24,000 nt of DNA, taken from the NCBI GenBank assembly GCA_038319025.1, contig JBBQCW010000008.1, positions 28,202 to 52,201 of the forward strand, written 5' to 3'. Source of the DNA: Solirubrobacterales bacterium (GTDB taxonomy: Bacteria > Actinomycetota > Thermoleophilia > Solirubrobacterales > Solirubrobacteraceae). The notes under the pieces are model-generated. The model made no database searches and had not been told where the DNA came from. It saw only the letters and a program-made list of their open reading frames with translations. A program made the position numbers and the translations under genes. The first letter of the stretch is position 1. Each line of letters opens with the position of its first letter. Of this stretch, positions 6,219-13,467 are shown in pieces.

Positions 6219-7394
6219 ATGGGACAGGTGATCGGAGCTTCAATCATGCGCACGCAATCCGACGCTCGGCTCGCAGGGCTGGCCGCCGACGGCCACGCAC
6301 TGGCGTTCGAGGCAATCGTTGCGCGCTACGAGCGTGAGCTGCTGCGCCACTGCGCGCGCATCGCTCCTGCGCAGGCCGAGGACGCCGTGCAGCAGACGTT
6401 CCTCAGCGCGTGGACGGCGCTTCAGAAGGGCACCACGGTCCGCGACCTGCGCGGCTGGCTACATCGCATCGCCCATCACGCAGCGCTGCGGACGATCCCG
6501 CCGGCTGGGCTGGCCGTCCAGCTTGCCGATGGGGATGGCACCTGCGAAGCCCTTGAAGCAGCGGTTGAACGACGACTCGCGCTGCGCGGCGCTTTCGCTG
6601 CGGTCGCCGACCTGCCCGAGCGTCAGCGAGAGGCCTTGCTGCGCACCGCCGTGGACGGAGAGAGCCGCGAGTCGGTGGCCGGGCAGCTGGGCATAAGCAC
6701 CGGCGCTGTGCGCCAGCTCGTGCACCGCGCGCGCCAGACGCTTCGCGCCGCCGCCACGGCCGTCGTCCCGGCGCCTCTCCTCGTTCGCCTGGCGGGCGTG
6801 GACGACGGTCTCGCGGGTGGGGTCGGTGGCCTGGGTGCCGCAGGAGCGGGCGTGGCGATGAAGGCCGGCGCCGTTGCGGCCGTCGTCGCGTCGATGGTCG
6901 TGGCGCCGTTGACCGGCCATGGCGGCCGTGCCGACCCGGCGCAGGCGGCCTCGCCTCCGGGCACTCGCAGCCAGGGTACGAGGGAAGCTGCGACCGCCGA
7001 TCGGTCCGTGCCGGTCGCCGGTATCGGCGTAGTCCGTGCGGAAGCGTCCGGGCCAGGCCGCTCGATGGTTCGTCACGGGCTCAGCGGTAAGCGTCGGTCG
7101 CGGCCCGGGCATTCGGGCGCCAGCGCCCCCTCAAGTGCCGGCAAGGGGGCAACTGATCCGTCGAACAGCGGTGACACTGCCCAAGCCGATGACGATCCGC
7201 CGCCGCCCGAGACGGGGGAGGACCTGAACGCCGATCCAGGTCAGATCGATCCCGACGTCCAAGAGGATCCCGGGGATCCGTCCGCCGAAGCTCCAACGCC
7301 GCCGGATGACAGTGCGGACAGCGCGGACGACGCCCCGCCGACGCCCGAGGACGATCCGCCGGCCGACGACGGCCAGGACCAGCCCGGGGACTGA
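6219..7394 (+). CDS. ECF-type sigma-70 family factor with ~210-aa C-terminal extension (hydrophobic segment plus disordered acidic Pro-rich tail)
   Basis: GGGAGGG lies 5 nt upstream of ATG 6219. Region 2-like FEAIVARYERELLRHC...AEDAVQQTFLSAW...WLHRIAHHAAL. Region 4 is LPERQREALLRTAVDGESRESVAGQLGISTGAVRQLVHRARQTLR. Then the Ala/Val-rich GAGVAMKAGAVAAVVASMVVAPL and a D/P/E-rich tail. Confidence 0.85.
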   Translation: MGQVIGASIMRTQSDARLAGLAADGHALAFEAIVARYERELLRHCARIAPAQAEDAVQQTFLSAWTALQKGTTVRDLRGWLHRIAHHAALRTIPPAGLAVQLADGDGTCEALEAAVERRLALRGAFAAVADLPERQREALLRTAVDGESRESVAGQLGISTGAVRQLVHRARQTLRAAATAVVPAPLLVRLAGVDDGLAGGVGGLGAAGAGVAMKAGAVAAVVASMVVAPLTGHGGRADPAQAASPPGTRSQGTREAATADRSVPVAGIGVVRAEASGPGRSMVRHGLSGKRRSRPGHSGASAPSSAGKGATDPSNSGDTAQADDDPPPPETGEDLNADPGQIDPDVQEDPGDPSAEAPTPPDDSADSADDAPPTPEDDPPADDGQDQPGD

Positions 7395-7471
7395 TCGCGG
7401 CCTAGTCCCAACTTGGTTCCAAATCGCGGTCTGATGCGGATTTCGCGGTCCGTGGCCCGCATACTCAGACG

Positions 7472-9430
7472 ATGCCCCACGCGCCCTCCATCGCCTTCCG
7501 TCATCGTCGCTCCGGGCGTGCGTTCCTGACCGTCACGTTGTCGCTCGCGGCACTCGCCGGCGCCCCCGCCGGAGCCTTGGCCGCCGACCGCCTCGTCAAC
7601 GGGCCGCTCGTGACCGCAGCCGACCTGGGCACATGCCTCGTCACGCCGTGCAAGACCATCGGCTACGCCACCACGCAAGCGGTATCGGGAGATCGAATCG
7701 TTGTCTCGCCCGGGACCTACCACGAGAACGTGGTCCTCCCCTCCGGTGCGACGGGGGAGACGCTGATCGGAGCGACCCGCGCCGTGCGTCCGTTTATCGA
7801 CGGGGGCGCGGGCGTGGCGGTCAAGGTGCTGGGCGCGGGGGCCACCGTGCAGGGCCTGAAACTGCACGGCGACACGAGCGCGGTGGTCGCTCAGTTCAAC
7901 GCGTCGGGCACCGTCATCACCGACAACCTCTTCGACGATACGGCGCTGAACCCCAGCGGGAAGGTTGCGATCAACACAGGTAGCGCCACGATCACGGCGA
8001 ACGACTTCGCGATGCCCGGCGCCCCCGCCGGCGTCAGTCGCGCCTTGGTGGCGAACTCCACCAAAGCGGTCGACATCATCGGTAACACGTTCGACAACTA
8101 CTTCACCGCAGCCCAGTACAACATCGGCACCGCCGCGCCATCAGTGGTGCGCGACAACGTGATCATGAACGTCCATGGCGCGCCCCCGGGGGTCGGCGTT
8201 GGCCTCTTCATATTCGGATCGGCCGCCGTCACCGGCAACACGATCGGCGCCACGCCCGTCGCCAACGGCGGCGCCATCGGCATCAACCTGCGGGACTTTT
8301 CCGTGCCGGCCACCGACGTGACAGCGCGCAACCGCGTCTTCGGGTTCCCCAACTCCGGGATCGAGACTGAGCTCTCGGTGGCCGGTTCCAGCGCGACCAT
8401 GCGCGGCGATGTGCTCAGCAACGATCACTCCGGGTTCGTGCTGTTCGGCGGGACCTCGACGATTATTGGCGCAACGGTCTACGACAACAACAACTTCGAC
8501 GTGTACCTGGGCAGCGCCAACCTGCACCTGACCATGGCGTCGAGCATCGTCGGCGCCAAAGGCATCTTTCCGGGCGCAGTCGGGGCCGATTGCTCCATCA
8601 CGACATCGCGGGGTCCCACCACCACGGGCCCGTCATCGTGCGATCACTTCCAGACCAGCGCAAGCCCAGCGTTCGTAGGCCCGTCCGACTACCGGCTTAC
8701 CGCCGCCTCGCCGCTTATCGACACGGGTGACCCTGCTGCGCCCGACGCCGGGGAACTGGACATCGACGGCAACCCGCGCGCGGTGGTCGGCACGGACGCG
8801 GCGAAGTGCCTGCCGGCACGGCGCGACATGGGCGCCTACGAGTTCGTGCCTGCCCCCGCGTTTGTCTGCCCGCCCGTACCCCTGGTCGACCCGCTGCCCG
8901 TGGCGCCGCCGGTCATCGACCCGCCGCCCGTCATCCCGCCCGTCCTCGCGCCCGCCGGGTTAACGGTCCTGGACGACTCCGGAACACCGGTGACCGTGGC
9001 CGTCGACGGCGGCCCGACCGTGCGCTTGGCCGCCGGGAGCGTGGGCGCAACGCTCTCGCTCAAGGCAGGCACGCACACCGTGCGCGTCAGGCCCCGCAAG
9101 GGCAAGGTCGTGACTGCGACCATCGTCCTCACACCCGGTCAGCTCGGGGTGGTCGTGGTGACGACGTCACATCGTCGGCTGAGGCTCCGCGCCACCCGGA
9201 TCGCCCCGGGCGTACGGCGCCTACTCTCGCTCCTGCCCGGCACCCAGCGACTCCGCGTGGGGACGGCAAAAGCCAAGCGGGTTCGCCACGGGGCGTTCGG
9301 CACGCTGCCCGCCGCCGCAACCAGAGTGAGCGTCGGCGGGGGCCGGGTCGCACTGGTCGGCCATCCTCAGCTCGCGGTCCTCCTGCTCCGCCACCGGCGG
9401 CCGGTCGCCGTCATCCGCTCGGCGCCCTGA
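7472..9430 (+). CDS. secreted right-handed parallel beta-helix protein with choice-of-anchor-Q-like motif, Pro-rich linker and basic C-terminal domain
   Basis: Signal peptide ...LSLAALAGAPAGALA/AD. CKTIGYATTQAVSGDRIVVSPGTYHENVVL is a DUF1565/PbH1-type N-terminal cap, followed by repeated G-N-T/I beta-helix turns. DIDGNPRAVVGTDAAKCLPARRDMGAYEF is CoA-Q-like. Linker PPVPLVDPLPVAPPVIDPPPVIPPVLAP. Confidence 0.8.
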   Translation: MPHAPSIAFRHRRSGRAFLTVTLSLAALAGAPAGALAADRLVNGPLVTAADLGTCLVTPCKTIGYATTQAVSGDRIVVSPGTYHENVVLPSGATGETLIGATRAVRPFIDGGAGVAVKVLGAGATVQGLKLHGDTSAVVAQFNASGTVITDNLFDDTALNPSGKVAINTGSATITANDFAMPGAPAGVSRALVANSTKAVDIIGNTFDNYFTAAQYNIGTAAPSVVRDNVIMNVHGAPPGVGVGLFIFGSAAVTGNTIGATPVANGGAIGINLRDFSVPATDVTARNRVFGFPNSGIETELSVAGSSATMRGDVLSNDHSGFVLFGGTSTIIGATVYDNNNFDVYLGSANLHLTMASSIVGAKGIFPGAVGADCSITTSRGPTTTGPSSCDHFQTSASPAFVGPSDYRLTAASPLIDTGDPAAPDAGELDIDGNPRAVVGTDAAKCLPARRDMGAYEFVPAPAFVCPPVPLVDPLPVAPPVIDPPPVIPPVLAPAGLTVLDDSGTPVTVAVDGGPTVRLAAGSVGATLSLKAGTHTVRVRPRKGKVVTATIVLTPGQLGVVVVTTSHRRLRLRATRIAPGVRRLLSLLPGTQRLRVGTAKAKRVRHGAFGTLPAAATRVSVGGGRVALVGHPQLAVLLLRHRRPVAVIRSAP

Positions 9431-9461
9431 CCCTGCGCACCGGGCATGACATGATCGCCGT

Positions 9462-10484
9462 ATGACTGAGAACCGCCGCCTGGTACTGGCCCGCCGCCCC
9501 GTCGGTGTCGTACAGGACGACGACTTCGAGATGCTGGTCGAACCGGTCCCGGAGGCCGGCGCCGGTCAGTTCCTGATCCGCAACTGCTGGCTGTCATTCG
9601 ACCCGGCCCAGCGCGGTTGGATGAACGACGTCCCCTCCTACATTCCGCCGGTGCAGCTCGGTGAGCCGATGCGCGCCATGGGTGTAGGGCAGATCGTCGC
9701 CTCCCACCATCCCGACTTTCCCGAAGGCGCGATGGTCAGCGGCGGGTTCGGATGGCAGGACTACGTTCTGTCCGACGGGAAGGACGCGTTCGGGGTCCGA
9801 GTGCTTCCGCCCGGAGCGCCGCCGACCGCCGCGCTCGGCGTATTCGGAACCACCGGTCTCACCGCGTATTTCGGCCTGCTCGACGTGGGCCGCCCGAAGG
9901 AGGGCGATGTCGTGCTGGTCTCCGGCGCGGCCGGAGCGACCGGTTCCGTGGTTGGGCAGATCGCCAAGATCAAGGGCTGCCAGACGATCGGCATTGCTGG
10001 CGGGCCCGACAAGTGCACGTGGCTGAAGGACACGGTGGGCTTCGACGAAGTCATCGACTACAAGAACGAGGATGTCGCCGCACGCATCCGCGAGCTGGCG
10101 CCCAAAGGCGTCAACGTCTTCTTCGACAACATCGGCGGCGAGATCCTCGACGCCGGGCTGGGCAACATCGCTCAGGGCGGCACGATCGTCCTGTGCGGCG
10201 GGATCTCGTCCGGCTACACGCTGGAGGAGCAGCCCCCCGGCCCGCGCAACGTGTTCATGCTCACGGTGCGATCGGCACGGATGGAGGGCTTCATCGTCCT
10301 CAACTACGCCCAACGATTCGGCGAGGGCATCGCCCAGCTGGCCGAATGGGTGACGGAGGGCAAGATCATCTACGCCGAGGACATCCAGCACGGTCTGGAG
10401 AACGCGCCCGCCACTCTACGGCGCCTGTTCGAAGGCAAAAACTTCGGCAAGCAGATCCTGGAGATCGCGCAGCCCGAGGGCTAG
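9462..10484 (+). CDS. NADP-dependent oxidoreductase, medium-chain dehydrogenase/reductase family (PTGR/YncB/CurA-like)
   Basis: N-terminus LVLARRPVGVVQDDDFEMLVEPVPE...FLIRNCWLSFDPAQRGWM. Nucleotide-binding VLVSGAAGATGSVVGQIAKIKGC. C-terminus LRRLFEGKNFGKQILEI. Confidence 0.85.
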   Translation: MTENRRLVLARRPVGVVQDDDFEMLVEPVPEAGAGQFLIRNCWLSFDPAQRGWMNDVPSYIPPVQLGEPMRAMGVGQIVASHHPDFPEGAMVSGGFGWQDYVLSDGKDAFGVRVLPPGAPPTAALGVFGTTGLTAYFGLLDVGRPKEGDVVLVSGAAGATGSVVGQIAKIKGCQTIGIAGGPDKCTWLKDTVGFDEVIDYKNEDVAARIRELAPKGVNVFFDNIGGEILDAGLGNIAQGGTIVLCGGISSGYTLEEQPPGPRNVFMLTVRSARMEGFIVLNYAQRFGEGIAQLAEWVTEGKIIYAEDIQHGLENAPATLRRLFEGKNFGKQILEIAQPEG

Positions 10485-10493
10485 CGCGCCTTG

Positions 10494-11600
10494 CTAGATC
10501 GCGCCGTCGCGCTGTGATGCGTAGAGGCTCGGCGCCTCTTGGGCGTCGGGCTCGTGCGGCGCCACGTCCTGATCGAGGAACTCGAGCAGCGCGCGATTGA
10601 ACGTCGCGGGGCGCTCGATCATCGGGACGTGCCCGGTGTCTTCAAGGATCAGCGTCGTCGAGCGGGGGATGCGCTCGGCGAACTGCTCAGCGTCACCGAG
10701 CGGCACGAGGACGTCGTCGGTGCCCTGCACGATCAGCGTCGGGCAGGCGATCTCGGGCAGACGATCGACGAAGTCGTACTCCAGGATTGAGCGCAACGAG
10801 TCGTTGAACCCAGGTGCACCCATGGAGTGCAGCTGCTCGGCCACGAGGTCCTTGGCGAGCAAGGTGGGATGGCGGGCGACGATGCCCATCGCGAGCTGAA
10901 TGAATCCTGGTCGACGCAGCAGGCGGGCGGCGATCTCGGGATCGTTGGGCCCGGCTCCGCCGGAGGTGAGGAGGCGACCGACACGCTCGCTCAGCGGGTT
11001 GCGGTTGAGCGCTGAAGAGATGCCGGCGGCGTCGACGAGGACGAGACGCTCGACCCGTTCGGGGTGACGGATGGCCATTTCGGCCGCGGTGAAGCCGCCC
11101 ATCGAGTTGCCGACGACAGACACCGAGTCGAGGCCGAGGTGGTCGCACAGCTCGTCGACCGTCCGGGCGAAGCCGGTGATGCTGATCTGCTCAGCAGGCA
11201 TCCCGGAGCCGCCGAAACCCGGCAGGTCCAACGCGATCGCGCGGCGGGTCTGCGCGATGGTCGGCATGCTCTCGAGCCAGTTCTGCCAACAGCCGCCGAG
11301 GCCGTGGATGAAGAGGACGGCGCGATCTCCCTCGCCGAGATCGGCGTACTGCACGCCGGCACCGGCCAGTGTCGTGCGGTGCACGCGAGGACCCCAGTCC
11401 ACGTCGCGCCAACTGGGCTGCGCGGGTACGCCGTACTCGGGGTCGGCGCTCTTCGCTGAACGACGGCGAGACGGCACGGCGGGGGAGGGCCAGACGGCCT
11501 TCATCGGACCGCGGCGGTACTGGCGAGGCTCGGTCGGGGTGCTCATGGGACAAACGTTACGCCACCGGGCCGCCTGTGGGTGCAGGCGAGGGTTCCTCAC
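10494..11600 (-). CDS. alpha/beta-fold hydrolase
   Basis: VLFIHGLGGCWQNW (oxyanion HG), nucleophile elbow VVGNSMGG, and a C-terminal DTGHVPMIERP catalytic-His segment. GTG at 11600 overlaps the upstream stop (GTGA). An alternative ATG lies at 11546. Confidence 0.85.
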   Translation of the reverse strand: MRNPRLHPQAARWRNVCPMSTPTEPRQYRRGPMKAVWPSPAVPSRRRSAKSADPEYGVPAQPSWRDVDWGPRVHRTTLAGAGVQYADLGEGDRAVLFIHGLGGCWQNWLESMPTIAQTRRAIALDLPGFGGSGMPAEQISITGFARTVDELCDHLGLDSVSVVGNSMGGFTAAEMAIRHPERVERLVLVDAAGISSALNRNPLSERVGRLLTSGGAGPNDPEIAARLLRRPGFIQLAMGIVARHPTLLAKDLVAEQLHSMGAPGFNDSLRSILEYDFVDRLPEIACPTLIVQGTDDVLVPLGDAEQFAERIPRSTTLILEDTGHVPMIERPATFNRALLEFLDQDVAPHEPDAQEAPSLYASQRDGAI

Positions 11601-12664
11601 AACGCCGCGTGGAGGCGTTCCAGGTCCTCCTCGTCGTTCCAGGCACCCACCGACGCGCGCAGGTAAGCCGTCCCGGGCAGGTTGCGTACGGTCACGCCGG
11701 CGTCGGCGAGGCGAACGCGCGCCCCTTCGGGGTCTGGGTCCTCCCAGCTGACGAGGGTCGTCGGCCCGCGGGGACCGACGGTGCGGCCGTCGGCGGCGAG
11801 CCTGTGGGCCAATATGGCCGCCAGCGTCGTGGCGCGCTGGTGTACCGCCGGCCAGCCGGCGTCGGCCAGGACCTCATACGCGGCGAGGGCGCCCAGCCAG
11901 GTCCCGGCTGAGATCGCCGGAGCATCGTGGCGCGAGGCGTCGGCCGCGGGCACAGCATCCAGTCCGTCGGCGGGCACGGCGAGATCCACGTATGTCGGGC
12001 TTGGGCAGGCGAGCTGGGCGTGGCTGGTCGGGTTGATCCACAACATGCCCGTACCGACTGGGCCGCACAACCACTTCTGACCTGGGCCCGCGTAGTAGTC
12101 GCAGCGCAGAGCGGTCACATCGACGTCGATCGCGCCGACCGCCTGCGCACCATCAAGCAGAACGAGCGGGCCTTCCGGGATGTCGGGCGCGACCTCACCG
12201 GTCATCCAACCCACATGGGAGCAGGCGACCAGACGCGTGCGGGGCGTGACGGCGTCGCCGATGCGAGCGAGCGGGGCGGTCACGATTCTCACGCCGCGGT
12301 CGCGACGGATGGCGGCGAGCGGCCCGAGGAGGCCAGGGTGCTCATCGGGGGCGGTGAGGATCTCGTCACCGCGCTGGAGCCCTATGCCCTGCAGAACCCG
12401 GGTGATTCCCTCGCTGGTGCAAGTGGTCAGGGCGACGTCGGGCGCTTGGGCACCGAGCAGGTTCGCATACGCCGTGCGAAGGCGGGCGCGCACGTCATTC
12501 CACGCGGCGAAGTAGTCACCGTCACGCCCATCACGGGTGAAACGGTCCAGCAGGTCGGTGCGCGCATCGCGCGACGCGAGCGGTACTGGGCCGCAGGTGC
12601 CCGCGTTCAGGTACGCGCGCTCGGTGAGGACCGGGAACCGGGCGCGCAGTGCGCGGGCGTCCAT
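11597..12664 (-). CDS. class V aminotransferase / cysteine desulfurase-like PLP enzyme
   Basis: FPVLTERAYLNAGTCGPVP N-terminal motif. YYAGPGQKWLCGPVGTGMLW carries the PLP-lysine context. ATG at 12664 (MDARALRARFPVL) is preferred, because the ORF-track start at 12718 would overlap rpf. Confidence 0.85.
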   Translation of the reverse strand: MDARALRARFPVLTERAYLNAGTCGPVPLASRDARTDLLDRFTRDGRDGDYFAAWNDVRARLRTAYANLLGAQAPDVALTTCTSEGITRVLQGIGLQRGDEILTAPDEHPGLLGPLAAIRRDRGVRIVTAPLARIGDAVTPRTRLVACSHVGWMTGEVAPDIPEGPLVLLDGAQAVGAIDVDVTALRCDYYAGPGQKWLCGPVGTGMLWINPTSHAQLACPSPTYVDLAVPADGLDAVPAADASRHDAPAISAGTWLGALAAYEVLADAGWPAVHQRATTLAAILAHRLAADGRTVGPRGPTTLVSWEDPDPEGARVRLADAGVTVRNLPGTAYLRASVGAWNDEEDLERLHAAL

Positions 12665-12696
12665 CTTTCGGAGCCTACCCGCAGGCCTTGGGCGGG

Positions 12697-13254
12697 TCAG
12701 CGGCCGCAGACCGGCCATGGTGAGCTACCCGAGCGAGCCAGCAGCATCGCGGCGCGCATGTCCTGCTCAGCAGGCGGGGCGTCGGAGGCCACGCCACTGC
12801 CGCCGACGGAGGCCCACGTGCCCTGATCGAACTGGTACGCGCCGTAGAAGCCGTTGCCGGTATTTGACTTGTAGTCGCCGCCGGATTCGCAGGCGGCGAT
12901 CTTCGTGAGCGTCCCCCGTACGGCGTCCGCGACATGGGTCTGAGCCTTCAGACGCCGGATCTCACGGCTCAAGCGACGTTCCACGCGGACATGGCCGGGG
13001 ATCGTGAGACGCATCATGCGCGCCCGTTGGGCGTGCGTCAGGTGGTGGCCGTTGAGGGCCGCCGCACGCGAGGCGAGCTCCGTCGTGCGTCGTACGAGGA
13101 GGTGTCGGGCGATGGTCGGGGCGCTGTCGGGCAGGGTACCGATGCCCAGCGCTTTGACGGGCAGGACGGAGGCGGGCGGCTGGGCGATGGCGATGGCCGG
13201 GGCGGTGATCAGGGCGATGGCGGCAAAAACGACCGCAAGTGTCTTGGCGTGCAT
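12697..13254 (-). CDS. rpf: resuscitation-promoting factor (Rpf) family secreted transglycosylase-like protein
   Basis: Signal peptide MHAKTLAVVFAAIALITAPAIAIA/QP. The C-terminal Rpf domain IAACESGGDYKSNTGNGFYGAYQFDQGTWASVGG...PWPVCG has the catalytic Glu and the conserved Cys pair. Confidence 0.85.
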   Translation of the reverse strand: MHAKTLAVVFAAIALITAPAIAIAQPPASVLPVKALGIGTLPDSAPTIARHLLVRRTTELASRAAALNGHHLTHAQRARMMRLTIPGHVRVERRLSREIRRLKAQTHVADAVRGTLTKIAACESGGDYKSNTGNGFYGAYQFDQGTWASVGGSGVASDAPPAEQDMRAAMLLARSGSSPWPVCGR

Positions 13255-13261
13255 TTGGCTG

Positions 13262-13400
13262 ATGTCCTAAGGACGACCTGCACGGGACGCCGGGTGGCGC
13301 GCCGCGTGGCCGTCAAGCTTCGATTCCGCCGCGGGTGCGCAAGACAAAAGCCTCGAACGCAAGGGACCTCAGAAAGGGGATCCGGCACCGCAGCGGTGAG
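13262..13400 (-). promoter_or_regulatory. Candidate c-di-AMP (ydaO/yuaA-class) riboswitch in the rpf 5' leader (unverified)
   Basis: The minus-strand RNA contains GGUGCCGGAUCC, GAGGUCCC, GGCGGAAUCG and GCCACCCGGCG. This is the same order as the conserved GCCGAAUCC / GGAGGAACC / GGGGUNAAUC / GCACCCGAC blocks recalled from ydaO riboswitches. The match to the 3' CAGCUAAC block is poor. Confidence 0.3.
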
Positions 13401-13467
13401 CACAGGCTAGCAGAGATGCGCCCAACATTCGAACAGGTGTTCGTACGAGGCTGGACGACGGGGTGAG

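Noticed and set aside
5051-6253. Long antisense or out-of-frame ORFs in the six-frame track. Examples are 5051-6253 (-, 400 aa), 794-1546 (-), 1553-2203 (-), 9594-10391 (-), 9752-10600 (+), 13369-14076 (-), 18435-19022 (-), 19813-20589 (-), 20130-21140 (-) and 23231-23989 (-).
   Set aside because: Each lies opposite to, or out of frame with, a gene that has clear family motifs. Their translations are Arg/Ala/Gly/Pro-rich low-complexity strings, typical of stop-codon-poor alternative frames in ~70% GC DNA.
2173-9430. Interpreting the whole tRNA-adjacent accessory stretch as an integrative genomic island or prophage remnant.
   Set aside because: No integrase, recombinase, transposase or phage gene is present. 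By eye I found no direct repeat of either tRNA 3' end that would mark an att site. Only the single gene between the tRNAs shows a noticeably lower GC content.
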